DNA of 60,224 nt, counting the filler, from Actinomycetota bacterium (GTDB lineage: Bacteria > Actinomycetota > CADDZG01 > JAHWKV01 > JAOPZY01), in NCBI GenBank assembly GCA_025963875.1. It is 5 parts of 5 records of this genome, joined end to end, with 100 filler letters (N's around TTAATTAATTAA, not from the genome) between each part and the next. Parts side by side here need not be neighbours in the genome. Positions count along the whole stretch, not along the records: positions 22,990 to 37,179 come from JAOPZY010000116.1; positions 37,280 to 48,404 come from JAOPZY010000169.1; 3 more parts are not named here. One strand, written 5' to 3'. Both the position numbers and the translations under genes were made by a program. Below, piece after piece: positions 31,333 through 41,485 of this stretch (its first letter is position 1; every line of letters starts with the position of its first letter). The notes beneath the pieces were generated by a model, which saw only the letters and a list, made by a program, of their open reading frames with translations, was not told the origin of the DNA and made no database searches.

Positions 31333-32382
31333 GCGGGAGCCCACAGAGTTTCTGGGTGCGGGTGGCGGCCTTCTCGGTCTGGCTGGTCTTCCTTGCCTAC
31401 CCGATCGGGGACCTGGTCCACGGCAGGATCCGTGGTCCGAAGGCGGCGGTCGCGTGGGCCGGAGGCGTGCTGTTCGTCGGGCTGTACGAGCTGGTGGTCT
31501 GGCGGTTCCCCTGGGGCCAGCCCTGGGCCATTGGTGTTCGGCTTCGGGGCCAACTGGATCGGTCTGCTGATCTACCTGAGCGTGGCGTACGGGGCAGCGT
31601 TGGCCCCGAGGCGCTCGGTCGTCGCCATCCCCGCAGTCACGGTGGTGGCGCTTGTGGCGACATAGGCCTTGCATGTCGGAGCCGCCAACACTGCCTTCTT
31701 CGGCTTCATGACGCTCATGATCGGCGGCATGATCGTCGCCTGGCGCCAGACGATGGTCCTCGTCGCCGAGCTGCGGGAGGCGAGGGCCGAGGTGGCCCGG
31801 CTCGCGGTCAGCGAGGAGCGGCTGCGGTTCGCCCGGGACCTCCACGACCTGCTCGGCCACAGCCTGTCGGTCATCGTGCTGAAAAGCGAGCTTGCACGAC
31901 GCCTCGCCGACGCCGATCCCCAGGCCGCTGTCAGGGAGGTTCGGGAGATCGAAGCCGTCGCCCGCCAGTCGCTCGTCGAGGTACGGGAGGCGGTGACCGG
32001 CTACCGCTCCCGAGGCCTCGCCGAGGAGCTGGACCAGGCCCGCTCGGCGCTGTCGGCGGCCGGCATCGACCCGGTGGTACGGGTGAGCGCCGGCCCACTC
32101 AGCGCCGGCCTCGAGAGCGTGCTGGGCTGGGCGGTCCGGGAGGGCGTCACGAACGTCGTCCGCCACAGCGGGGCTCGGCGCTGCGAGATCAGCGTGCTGC
32201 GGCGGGGCGACGACGTGGTGGTCGAGGTCCGCGACGACGGGCGGGGGCCGGGGGCCTCGCCCCGCGCCGGCAGTGGACTGCCCGGCCTGTCGGAACGCAT
32301 GGCCCTTGCCGGCGGCACCCTGGAGGCGGGCCCCGGAGAGGAGGGGGGCTTCCGCCTGGTGGCGACGTTGCCACCCGCATGA
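31329..32382 (+). pseudogene. DesK-like (HisKA_3) sensor kinase with frameshift near 31525 and in-frame TAG at 31663
   Basis: TM region split over two frames; ERLRFARDLHDLLGHSLS, REGVTNVVRHS, DDGRG intact. Confidence 0.85.
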
Positions 32383-32996
32383 TCCGCATCCTCCTCGCCG
32401 AGGACCAGGGCATGGTGCGGGGTGCGCTCGCCTCCCTGCTCGGCCTCGAGCCCGACCTCGAGGTCGTGGCGCAGGTGGCCTCGGGGAGCGACGTCCTCGA
32501 GAAGGCCCTGGAGGTGCGGCCCGACGTCGCCCTGCTCGACATCGAGATGCCGGGGATGGACGGCCTCCGGGCGGCCCGGGAACTGCGCAGCCACCTGCCC
32601 GCGTGCAAGACGGTGATCCTCACGACGTTCGGCCGGCCCGGCTACCTCCGCCGGGCCATGGAGGCGGGGGCCTCCGCCTTCCTGGTCAAGGACGGCCCCG
32701 CTGCGGACCTCGCCGTCACCATCCGCCGGGTCTTGAAGGGCGAACGGGTCATCGACCCCACCCTCGCCGCAGCGGCGCTCCATGCAGGCCCCAACCCGTT
32801 GTCCGCCCGGGAGTGCGACGTCCTGAGCGCCGCCGGCGACGGCTCGACCGTGGCGGACATCGCCCGGCGGCTGTTCCTCTCCGAGGGGACGGTGCGCAAC
32901 TACCTGTTGTCGGCCATCGGCAAGACCGGGGCCCGCAACCGGATCGAGGCAGCCCAGGCAGCGGAGGCGAACGGCTGGCTTACCGCTGATTCCTGA
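32379..32996 (+). CDS. DesR-like NarL-family response regulator
   Basis: MIRILLAEDQ, LLDIEMP, TTFGRPGYL, GTVRNYL. Confidence 0.93.
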   Translation: MIRILLAEDQGMVRGALASLLGLEPDLEVVAQVASGSDVLEKALEVRPDVALLDIEMPGMDGLRAARELRSHLPACKTVILTTFGRPGYLRRAMEAGASAFLVKDGPAADLAVTIRRVLKGERVIDPTLAAAALHAGPNPLSARECDVLSAAGDGSTVADIARRLFLSEGTVRNYLLSAIGKTGARNRIEAAQAAEANGWLTADS

Positions 32997-33161
32997 GTCG
33001 AGCCGCAGCTATTGAGGCGCGTCGAATTTTCACCGCTGAGCGAGGACTATTCGACGCACCCCTGCTCCAGATTTTTTCGCGCTCTCTGAAAATCGCACGC
33101 TGAGTGTCGGTGGTGGTCCTTACGGTTGAGGTCCTTGATCTTGCGAAGCGGAGGAAAAGGT

Positions 33162-33773
33162 ATGACTGCAATCACTCCACCTGAGTCCCCGGACCACCAA
33201 GATACGGTTCGCGCCTGGGGCTGTGCGATCAACTTACAGCTTTACGATGCGGATCCGGGGCCGCGGGCTGTCGAACTGGCTGGTGGTCTGGAGACTCGCA
33301 AGGTAGATCGACGAGAAGCACTCATCGATCTCTATAGCCGAAACCTACTCTCCGGGCTGGCCGGCGATCCTGCCCGCCTGGAAGCCGTTGAGGCCGAATG
33401 CCAACGAAGGGCCCGAATCGATGCCACGTTCGTTTCATCCCTCCGCTTCGCGGTACGTCGCCTCAAACCGCCCTGGCGGTGGCATTCATGGTGCTCCGCT
33501 CTTGAGGCATGCACGCGGCGAGATCGGCGGGAGCGCAAAGAGGTCTGGCTCGTTGCTGCAGAATTGGCTGCACACGCGAGGCGTAGCGTCTCGGAAGCCG
33601 GTGCCGACACCGACAGGACAGCCCGCGCTCGATTGCTTGCTGCAACCGAATACAGCCTCACCCGCGACATTCTTGGCAGCTTCCTGCCGCCAGAGATTCT
33701 GGAGGAGCAGGCTGAGGAACTGGTTGAGCGACTCAACCAGGGTGAATCGCCTTCCGGGCCCGCAGAGGGGTGA
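33162..33773 (+). CDS. Hypothetical protein
   Basis: 203-aa helical ORF with GGAGG RBS; lower GC than flanks. Confidence 0.55.
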   Translation: MTAITPPESPDHQDTVRAWGCAINLQLYDADPGPRAVELAGGLETRKVDRREALIDLYSRNLLSGLAGDPARLEAVEAECQRRARIDATFVSSLRFAVRRLKPPWRWHSWCSALEACTRRDRRERKEVWLVAAELAAHARRSVSEAGADTDRTARARLLAATEYSLTRDILGSFLPPEILEEQAEELVERLNQGESPSGPAEG

Positions 33774-33789
33774 TCGACAGTTCGAGGTA

Positions 33790-35151
33790 CTACTTCGGAT
33801 CCGGCTCGGGATCGGGCGGGCGCCCCCGGGGCAACTTTGGGATCCGCCTGTCGTTGCGGGAGAAGAACCGCATGACGTCGTTGTGCTCGACATGGATCCG
33901 ATCGGTGCGCCTGGCCCCGTAGCCCACGTCCACGTCCAGGTCGAGCTGGCCGTCGTGGGGGCCCGTCTCGATCCGCACCTTGTCGATCACCGCCCCGTCG
34001 GGCCGGCTGAACACCAGCGACTTCGACTCCGAGTCTCTGGCGAGGCCGAAGCCCCCCTCGTGGATCAGGTGGTGGTGGAACCAGCAGAGCTGGGTGAGGT
34101 TCTCGAGCGACGTCTCGCCCCCGTGCGCCCAGTGCGTGATGTGGTGGGCCTGGACGAAACGGGTCTGCCCGCAGCCCGGGAACACGCAGCCCTTGTCCCG
34201 GCACCGAAGCGCCCGGGCCATCGCGGGCGAGACCTTGCGGGTCTTGCGGCCCATCGACAGCACCTCGCCCGAGGCATCCTCGACCACGCCCACCACCGCG
34301 GCGTCGCAGGCAAGACGCCGAGCCGTCTCGGGAGCGATCTCCGGTCCGTCCTCGATCTCGCAGTGCTCGCCCTCCCCGGTCCCCGCCAGGGTCTCCGCGG
34401 ACACGTGCACGATCACCTGGGTGGCGTCCGACCCCGCCCGTGACTCCAGCCCCCGGGCAAGGCACGACTCCGCCATGGCGACGAGGGCGTCCGCCCGGTT
34501 GGCGGCCGCAGGGATCCGTGCCCGCCCGGGCGGCTGGTCGTCGGCGGCGTCGTAGACGCCGGACTGCGCATCCTCCGCCCGCAGCTGCGCCGCCGCCGCC
34601 TCCAGGGCCTGGCGAAGCACCGTCCCCGCCTCGGCAGGGAGGCGTCCCTTGAAGCAGAAGAACCCCTCCGCGTCGAAGGACCAGTGCAGCTCCCGGCCCG
34701 CAAAGGCAGCCTTGGCATCCGCATAGGAGGCGAGCACGCGCCGGTAGGACGAGACGATGCGCCCCAGCTGCGAGCCGGTGGCGACCCTGGCCATCTCCAC
34801 CATGTCAGCCTCCGTCTCGGGCGTGGCGATGCGCACCAGCGCCTTCACTGCGTGGTAGTTGAGCTGGCCCTTGCCGAACGCCTCGGTGATCGCAGGCAGC
34901 GACCGAAGTCGCCGGGCCACCCGCACCATCTCCCAGGAGGCTGCCATGTCGTAGCCGCAGCACCCCGACAGCCAGTGCGCCGCCGACTTGCAGTCCCAGG
35001 CGAATGCGGCGTCCTCCCGGGCGTCGAACTCGGCCAGCTTCAGCAGCATCCGGCACTGGGCGGCTGCGATCTGGCCAGACTCCTCCGCGATGGCATCGAC
35101 CAGCTCCCCGATGGGGAGGCCGGATGCGGAGCGAGAAGCTGAGTCGAACAT
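33790..35151 (-). CDS. DUF222 + HNH endonuclease (13E12-repeat-like)
   Basis: ARRLACD, RDKGCVFPGC, AHHITHWAHGGETSLENLTQLCWFHH. Confidence 0.92.
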   Translation of the reverse strand: MFDSASRSASGLPIGELVDAIAEESGQIAAAQCRMLLKLAEFDAREDAAFAWDCKSAAHWLSGCCGYDMAASWEMVRVARRLRSLPAITEAFGKGQLNYHAVKALVRIATPETEADMVEMARVATGSQLGRIVSSYRRVLASYADAKAAFAGRELHWSFDAEGFFCFKGRLPAEAGTVLRQALEAAAAQLRAEDAQSGVYDAADDQPPGRARIPAAANRADALVAMAESCLARGLESRAGSDATQVIVHVSAETLAGTGEGEHCEIEDGPEIAPETARRLACDAAVVGVVEDASGEVLSMGRKTRKVSPAMARALRCRDKGCVFPGCGQTRFVQAHHITHWAHGGETSLENLTQLCWFHHHLIHEGGFGLARDSESKSLVFSRPDGAVIDKVRIETGPHDGQLDLDVDVGYGARRTDRIHVEHNDVMRFFSRNDRRIPKLPRGRPPDPEPDPK

Positions 35152-35159
35152 GTGTTCGA
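35144..35159. promoter_or_regulatory. LexA SOS box
   Basis: TCGAAC-ATGT-GTTCGA, a perfect actinobacterial consensus overlapping the HNH start codon. Confidence 0.88.
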
Positions 35160-35227
35160 TTGTACCAACCTCTGCGCACGATTGCAAGCGAGAATGCAAC
35201 GTGAATAGGGAGAGGAAGGAGGCGCTG

Positions 35228-35629
35228 ATGCCGTGGGAAACGAAGTCCATTGGGGAGCACCCGGACGTTCTTGCACCGGACGGTTCAGAGGTCTATCTCG
35301 GGCTGGAATGCTCGCGGGGCGGTCTCTCCGTTTTCGTTCTCCCCGCAGGCCGAACCTCCAGGGCCATCCGGCACCGCACGATCGAGGAAGTCTGGTATTT
35401 CCTCCACGGCGAAGGTGAGATGTGGCGACGGAGCGGGGAGGCGGAGGAGATCTGCCGGGTAGGGCCGGGGGTCTTCCTCACCATTCCAACCGGCACGGCG
35501 TTTCAGTTCCGGGCCGTCGGAGAGGAACCCCTGCGGTTCGCCATCGCCACCATGCCCCCGTGGCCCGGTCCCCATGAAGCAGTGCCGGCAGAGGGACCGT
35601 GGGTCCACGACGGCGAATCTGATTCGTAA
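35228..35629 (+). CDS. Cupin-domain protein
   Basis: APDGSEV, HRTIEEVWYFLHGEGEMWR, IPTGTAFQFR, TMPPWPG. Confidence 0.88.
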   Translation: MPWETKSIGEHPDVLAPDGSEVYLGLECSRGGLSVFVLPAGRTSRAIRHRTIEEVWYFLHGEGEMWRRSGEAEEICRVGPGVFLTIPTGTAFQFRAVGEEPLRFAIATMPPWPGPHEAVPAEGPWVHDGESDS

Positions 35630-35652
35630 CGGTCGAGAAACCAGTTCGCAAC
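35626..35652 (+). promoter_or_regulatory. GlnR box upstream of narK
   Basis: GTAAC-N6-GAAAC-N6-GCAAC. Confidence 0.8.
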
Positions 35653-35698
35653 CTTCTTCGGGGATGCTCCCTTCCAAGCGACGAGCGGGAGGGGCGCA

Positions 35699-37120
35699 TT
35701 GGCCATCAGGGCGAAGCCGTGGATCGAGGACTGGCAGCCGGACGACGACGAGTTCTGGGAGCGCCAGGGGAAGTCGGTGGCACGTCGCAACATCACCTTC
35801 TCGATCTTCGCCGAGTTCCTCGCCTTCTGCGTCTGGACGCTGTGGAGCGTCACGGCGGTCAGCCTGAACAAGGCCGGCTTCCACTTCTCGACGGCGCAGC
35901 TCTTCACCCTCGTCGCCCTGCCGACGCTGATGGGCGCGACCTTGCGGGTTCCCTACACCTTCGCCGTGGGCCGCTTCGGAGGGCGCAACTGGACCACCAT
36001 CAGCGCCCTGCTCCTGCTGATTCCCACTGCGCTGCTCGTCCTGATGGTCTCGCATCCCGGCACGCCCTACTGGGCCTTCCTCCTGGCCGCCGCCACCGCG
36101 GGGTTCGGCGGCGGCAACTTCGCCTCGAGCATGGCCAACATCTCCTACTTCTATCCCGACCGGCGCAAGGGGGTGGCCCTCGGTCTCAACGCCGCAGGGG
36201 GCAACGTCGGCGTGGCGGTGGCGCAGCTCGTGGTCCCCATCGTGATCACCTGGAGTGCCATCGCGGTGGTCGGCGGCTCGCAGGGCAAGGTCTCGCAGGG
36301 TAGGAACGGGGCGGTGTTCCTCCAGAACGCGGGGCTGTTCTGGATGCCCTTCATCGTGGTGGCGGCCATCTGCGCCTGGGTGTTCATGGACAACCTCAAG
36401 GTCTCCCGGGCCCGCATCCGGGACCAGCTGGGGATCTTCCGGCGCAAGCCGACCTGGGTCATGTCCCTGCTCTACATCGGCACCTTCGGCTCGTTCCTCG
36501 GCTACTCCTCGGGGCTTCCTCTGCTGATCAAGTCGCAGTTCCCCAACGTCACCCTCTCGGTCGCCTATCTGGGGCCCCTCGTAGGTTCCCTGGCCAGGCC
36601 CGTCGGTGGGTGGCTGGCGGACCGGCTCGGTGGTGCCCGGGTCACCCTCGGTTCCTTCGGGGCGATGATCTTCGCCGTCGGGGGTGTGATCTTCTGCCTC
36701 GCGCACCGCACGGAGCCCTGGGCGTTCGCAGGCTTCTTCGCCTCGTTCCTCCTGCTGTTCATCCTCACCGGCATCGGCAACGGGTCCACGTTCCAGATAA
36801 TCCCGAAGGCCTTCCAGGCCCATCACCTCCGGTCGGCCGCCGGAGCCGGCGAGGCCGCACGACTCGCCGCCCTGGGCACGGCGCGGGTGGAGACGGCGGC
36901 TGCCCTCGGCTTCATCGCTGCCATCGGCGCCTACGGCGGGTGGCTCATCCCGCAGGGCTACGGCGTGTCGACGTCCCTCACCGGCGGCCCCATCGCCGCC
37001 CTGTGGGGCCTGATCGCCTTCTACGTGGTGTGCCTTGCCATCGTCCGGTGGAACTTCCTGCGGCCGTCTCCGGCGGCCGTGGAATCCGAGCCCACCTTCG
37101 CGGCGCTCGCCCGTCGGTAA
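35699..37120 (+). CDS. narK: NarK/NasA-family nitrate/nitrite MFS transporter
   Basis: WQPDDDEFW, GFGGGNFASSMANISYFYP, YIGTFGSF, GIGNGSTF. Confidence 0.93.
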   Translation: MAIRAKPWIEDWQPDDDEFWERQGKSVARRNITFSIFAEFLAFCVWTLWSVTAVSLNKAGFHFSTAQLFTLVALPTLMGATLRVPYTFAVGRFGGRNWTTISALLLLIPTALLVLMVSHPGTPYWAFLLAAATAGFGGGNFASSMANISYFYPDRRKGVALGLNAAGGNVGVAVAQLVVPIVITWSAIAVVGGSQGKVSQGRNGAVFLQNAGLFWMPFIVVAAICAWVFMDNLKVSRARIRDQLGIFRRKPTWVMSLLYIGTFGSFLGYSSGLPLLIKSQFPNVTLSVAYLGPLVGSLARPVGGWLADRLGGARVTLGSFGAMIFAVGGVIFCLAHRTEPWAFAGFFASFLLLFILTGIGNGSTFQIIPKAFQAHHLRSAAGAGEAARLAALGTARVETAAALGFIAAIGAYGGWLIPQGYGVSTSLTGGPIAALWGLIAFYVVCLAIVRWNFLRPSPAAVESEPTFAALARR

Positions 37121-37176
37121 CCGCCACGAAATCATTCGGAAACAGCGGCTTAACAGCAAGCTCATTGGCGCGTAAC
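37117..37176 (+). promoter_or_regulatory. Extended GlnR-box array for the next gene (beyond contig end)
   Basis: 11-bp phased pentamers GTAAC/GAAAT/GAAAC/TTAAC/CTCAT/GTAAC. Confidence 0.7.
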
Positions 37177-37179
37177 ACG

Positions 37180-37279
37180 NNNNNNNNNNNNNNNNNNNNN
37201 NNNNNNNNNNNNNNNNNNNNNNNTTAATTAATTAANNNNNNNNNNNNNNNNNNNNNNNNNNNNNNNNNNNNNNNNNNNN
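37180..37279. other. Artificial contig linker
   Basis: N-TTAATTAATTAA-N. Confidence 0.98.
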
Positions 37280-37710
37280 GGACGAGGTACAGCGGGTGGA
37301 GTTCCTCGGCCCCGAGGGCGACTGGCGCTGGGCCGGTCCGCTGGTGGGCTGACAGACCTCGCAAGAGAGCAGCTGCATCCACCGATCGAAGGGTCGCGCC
37401 GCAGGAAGTTCCTCTTACGGGGCGGACGACGTGATAAGGACAAAGCCCGTGGAGTGCATTATTACATCCGAAGAAGTTGTCCCGGTAGGAGGGATCGTTC
37501 TCGTATTACGGTAAATATCTGAATTTGGTTCAGAGGGTACCAATTCGACTTGGGATGCTTCCGTGACTGGATCTGCTTCGTCGGTATCCAACAGAGTTGC
37601 GATTCCAGGATCCCGGGATCCCGCGACGCCTTCTCCCTGCCTGCTGGTGAAGGGCGTCCGGAGAGGCTGGCCGTTGTTCGCCGACTGGTTCCTCCCCTTC
37701 TGGGAGAACT

Positions 37711-38913
37711 ATGAACCCTTTGGGTCCGACGCAGATGACGGCGAGTCGGCGTAACGGGCACCCGGCGTCCGGAAAGGCAAGATCCCTTCGCCCGGAGGAG
37801 AAGGGCCAGCCGCGCTCCCGACAGCTTCCACCCGGAGCAACGCCCTCAGGTTGCCGCGGTCCCGCCGGGCGGCGACGGCAATCTCAGGCGGTGTCCGTAC
37901 TGGCTGCCATGGCGGTCCTGATGAGCGTCGCATCGTGTTCGGGAGAGCGGGGGTCGCTCGGGCGAGGATCCTCGTCTCGGCCGGGACAGACCCCGGCAGC
38001 GCCCGGACCGACGGGCTCCACCTCTGCGCCGACGAGCGGCTCCGAGTCCACGGTGACAACGACGCCGCCGGCGGCAGACGCTGCCGCTGGTGACGGAACA
38101 CCTCGCTTCGCGGTCGGCACGGTTCTCCGCGACTTCACCGATACGAGCCGGCAAAGGGTCCTTCACACGATCGTCCATTTCCCAGCCAAGGGTCGGCCCG
38201 GCCAGGCCGGCACCGAGCCCGTTGGCGGGGCGTTCCCTCTGGTGCTCATGGCTCACGGCTTTCGCCTGCCCGCTGCCGGATACGAGCGCATCCTCGACAG
38301 GGTGACCGCCGCGGGCTACATCGTGGCGGCCCCGGCGTTTCCCCACACCAGCGCCGAGCGCGGCGACGGCAACCGCAGCGACATCGTCAATCAGCCAGCT
38401 GACCTGTCGTTCTTGGTCGACGCGGTGACCAGCATGGCGAAACAGCAACCGCAGCTGCTCCCACCCGTGGCCGATCCCGCACGGGTCGCCGCTCTCGGTC
38501 ATTCAGACGGCGGCCTAACAGTTTCGGCTTGGGCGTACAACAACTCCCTCAGGGACCGCCGAGTCGCCGCTGCAGTGGTGATGGCCGGAGGGATCGGGAT
38601 GTTTCCTGGCACCTACTTCGCCCCTGACTCGCCGCCGCTTCTCGCAATCCACGCCACCGCTGACCAGACCAACCCGTATTCGGCAAGCGTCAGCCTGTTC
38701 AATGCTGTGCCACCAGGGATCCCCCACTTCTTGCTGACCATCGACGGTGGCTCGCACCTGGGTCCGTACATGAACGACACCGCAATGCCCGAAGTCGGCC
38801 AAGTCATCGTGGACTTCCTTGACGGGTACTTCTTCAAGGACGCCGGCGCCCGCCAGCGATTGCCCGCTGACGCCGACCATCCCGGCATCACGACCCTGCG
38901 CAGCAAGGCCTGA
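37711..38913 (+). CDS. Alpha/beta hydrolase lipoprotein; true start probably later
   Basis: Lipobox-like VASC, FPLVLMAHG, GHSDGG nucleophile, D in HATADQ, H in GGSHL. Confidence 0.85.
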   Translation: MNPLGPTQMTASRRNGHPASGKARSLRPEEKGQPRSRQLPPGATPSGCRGPAGRRRQSQAVSVLAAMAVLMSVASCSGERGSLGRGSSSRPGQTPAAPGPTGSTSAPTSGSESTVTTTPPAADAAAGDGTPRFAVGTVLRDFTDTSRQRVLHTIVHFPAKGRPGQAGTEPVGGAFPLVLMAHGFRLPAAGYERILDRVTAAGYIVAAPAFPHTSAERGDGNRSDIVNQPADLSFLVDAVTSMAKQQPQLLPPVADPARVAALGHSDGGLTVSAWAYNNSLRDRRVAAAVVMAGGIGMFPGTYFAPDSPPLLAIHATADQTNPYSASVSLFNAVPPGIPHFLLTIDGGSHLGPYMNDTAMPEVGQVIVDFLDGYFFKDAGARQRLPADADHPGITTLRSKA

Positions 38914-39045
38914 TAGTCACAGGTGCCAGGGGAGGGACTTCGCTGACCGGCCGCAATCACTGGGGGGCCATCCCCTGCATTTGCCGTCCTCGCGTTTAAG
39001 CGCTCGGCGCGCTGGCGCATTCTGCCGACGCAGGGCCTTGCCACG

Positions 39046-39330
39046 AAAAGCAGACGCTCTACAAGCGCTGTGCGGTTTTCTAGGCTCAGAATGGGCCTGA
39101 CGTACGTATTCTTGCGAGTTCGTGCGACACGTTTATACTCATCAAGACATGGGGCCGTATCTCAGTACGTAGTGCGTCTGCTTTGCAGGTAGATAAGCGC
39201 AAACGCTGTGCATTTGTGCGTTTCCGCAGGTCGTGCATGAGCGCTGAGGCCAGAATTATCCGCTCTTCGGCGAGGCCCTGGAATGCTCGGAGATCCGCGA
39301 TCCGAGGGCGGACGGTATGAAACCATACCT
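39046..39330 (+). repeat. att-like repeat copy 1: promoter, degenerate 5' half of tRNA-Ala(UGC) (39151-39187), right arm
   Basis: Aligns by eye with copies at 41804 and 43282; TTGCGA-N16-TATACT; GGGGCCGTATCTCAGTACGTAGTGCGTCTGCTTTGCA. Confidence 0.9.
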
Positions 39331-39423
39331 TCGCCGACGGGTGGCGGGGGGGCTCGCTGACAGGGCCCTCACTGTCAATCCTGGCGTGCGTCGTCGATGA
39401 CACTCCCCTTGGGGAGCGGGCCC

Positions 39424-39505
39424 GGGGCCGACGAGCGCTGTGCCCAGAATTATCGGCTCTTCGGCGGAATCTCAGAATCACCGGAGAGCGGCGATCCGAG
39501 GGTGA
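39424..39505 (+). repeat. Partial copy (right arm only) of the att-like repeat
   Basis: GAGCGCTGTGCCCAGAATTATCGGCTCTTCGG...CCGGAGAGCGGCGATCCGAGGG. Confidence 0.8.
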
Positions 39506-39654
39506 GTGGCAACGAGCCTTCGGGCGCCACCACTTGGCACGCCTCGCTCAGGGCGCCGGCGGGCGAGGGCCGCCGATGCAGAAATCGGCGGTGGACTCCC
39601 TTGCTCGCCCTGCCCCGAAGGGCCCTCCGACCCGAGCCAAGTCTCGGGCCGGAC

Positions 39655-39790
39655 GTAGGCACTTGCCGATGCTCGATCGACAAAAGTCTGTCTATGCGGC
39701 CATAGACGTGCCAGCGGCGATGCCAAGGTCGCCGAAGAGGGTCTGCATGCCAATACGCAGGGCCTCGTAGTCGCGGTCGATGCGGGTCCA
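39655..39790 (-). mobile_element. 3' end remnant of a putative IS-like element
   Basis: WTRIDRDYEALRIGMQTLFGDLGIAAGTSMAA* plus conserved tail TTTTGTCGAT-N8-GCAAG.G.CTA; paralogue at 47476. Confidence 0.7.
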
Positions 39791-39919
39791 GGCTGCGGGC
39801 TTGCGACCCTGTCGTGGGCTGCGTAAGTGACCCTTTCTGGTTGTCTCCGACGACGCGTTCAACCGGAGCCGTGTCGATCGTCCCCCTGACCACCCGGCCC
39901 CGGAGGATACCGACCCTCC

Positions 39920-40795
39920 TCAGGGCATTGCGCTCTGGCCCCTGACCAGGTTGCCGCACGACAGAGGTGTGAAGCCCACCTGCGTGGACACGTCCGTCGT
40001 GTTGTGGACGTTCACGTACCAGGTGCTCGGGATGGCGGTGGCGGTGACGCCGGAGAAGGTCGCGGTGACCGAGCCGGTGCCGGTCGCGTCGGATTTCACG
40101 TTGGGGAGCGAGTAGACGACGGGACCCTGCGCCTCGCAGCTTCCCTCGTGGACATGGGCCGCATGGGCCGTGTTCGGGTCGAGACCGTGGACCGTCAGGG
40201 ACATCCCGAGGCTGTGAGCGGTGGGGTCGAGCGACACGACGGCCGTACCCGTCACGTCGTTGCCGGTACCGGGCACGGGCTTGAAGGCGCCCGTGAAGGT
40301 GGCGGCGTGCGAGGGATTGGAGATGTCGATGCAGGCGATGGGGCGGTACTGGTCGGCGGGGGTGAGCGCAGGTCCAGTGTGGACGTTCAGCGACCACCCG
40401 CTGGCAGGGATGCCGCCCCCGACGTTGGACACGGTGGTCGTGACGGTCGCATCACCCGTGGCGGTGGCCGTCACGGGGTCGAGCGGATAGATGACATTGC
40501 CGGTGTTGGCGCACGTTCCACTGTGGATGTGGGCAGGATGGGTCGAGTTCGGCCCGAGGCCGATCATCGAGATGCCGACCGTCAGCTTGTTGCTGGAGGA
40601 GGCCCAGGACATGGTGACGGTGCCGGTCGGCTCGTGGTCGAGCATCGCCGTTGCCGTCGAGGTGGTGGGCGTCGAGGGGGTCGCTGAACTGGTGCCGGAC
40701 GCGCTCGGCGTGGGCGATGCCGTCTGCTTGCTCGAGCACGCCCACAGGCTGGCGCTTGCGAGAACGAGAATCGTAAGAACCGCAACTCTACGCAT
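39920..40795 (-). CDS. Lipoprotein with two tandem CHRD/Cu-Zn-SOD-like domains
   Basis: LWAC lipobox; twice H.AH(I/V)H.G.C...NVH...C. Confidence 0.75.
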   Translation of the reverse strand: MRRVAVLTILVLASASLWACSSKQTASPTPSASGTSSATPSTPTTSTATAMLDHEPTGTVTMSWASSSNKLTVGISMIGLGPNSTHPAHIHSGTCANTGNVIYPLDPVTATATGDATVTTTVSNVGGGIPASGWSLNVHTGPALTPADQYRPIACIDISNPSHAATFTGAFKPVPGTGNDVTGTAVVSLDPTAHSLGMSLTVHGLDPNTAHAAHVHEGSCEAQGPVVYSLPNVKSDATGTGSVTATFSGVTATAIPSTWYVNVHNTTDVSTQVGFTPLSCGNLVRGQSAMP

Positions 40796-41205
40796 GTTTG
40801 CTCCCTCCCCGGCTACGGCAAACCGAGCTACGACAAACCGACGCACCCTCACCTTCGTCCCGTTCCTCCACAGCCGAACATCAATGAGGGTGATTCCCCT
40901 GCAACCACCGTCCTACAACCACACGGGGTCGTAACTCAAGGCGAGCCGTGGTCATGGAGGTGGGGCGGTGGTGACTGGGCCCCGGCCCGACGTGCAGCTG
41001 TCTGTCCCCACGCGTTCCGGAAACGAAACGCAGGGGACAGACACCACGGGCAGATCCTGATCCCTGACCGTGGCCCGACGGGGGCCTCCAAGGAACTCAT
41101 CTGGTTGTCCGCACGCTGTCGGGACCGGCCGAACTCAAGCTTCGTCGAAGAGCGCTACGAGCTGTTCCGCCATGCGGGCTGATGGCGAGGCGCCAAGGCC
41201 ACTGC

Positions 41206-41485
41206 CTAAAGCTGCAGCAGCAGCCGCAGGCGCTCCCCGATGGCATCCAGGACCTCGGCCGGCACCGTCCCCAGGGGGCCGGTCATTAAGCGCTCGGTCG
41301 ATACGGAACGGAGGTCTTCGCAGCGCGCCCAGCTCGTCTCGTGCAGACCTCCGTCGGGAGGGTGGACCTCGACATGGGTCGGGATCCCCCGGGCCCTGGT
41401 GGTCAGGGGGACGACGAACACCAGACCGGCGCGGCTCCGGTTGAAACGGTCAGCCGAGACCTCGACAATGTCAAGGCGCCGGCCC
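41206..41485 (-). pseudogene. PemK/MazF toxin, N-terminus lost
   Basis: VSADRFNRS...VVPLTT...CEDLRSVSTERL; no intact start and no antitoxin. Confidence 0.8.
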
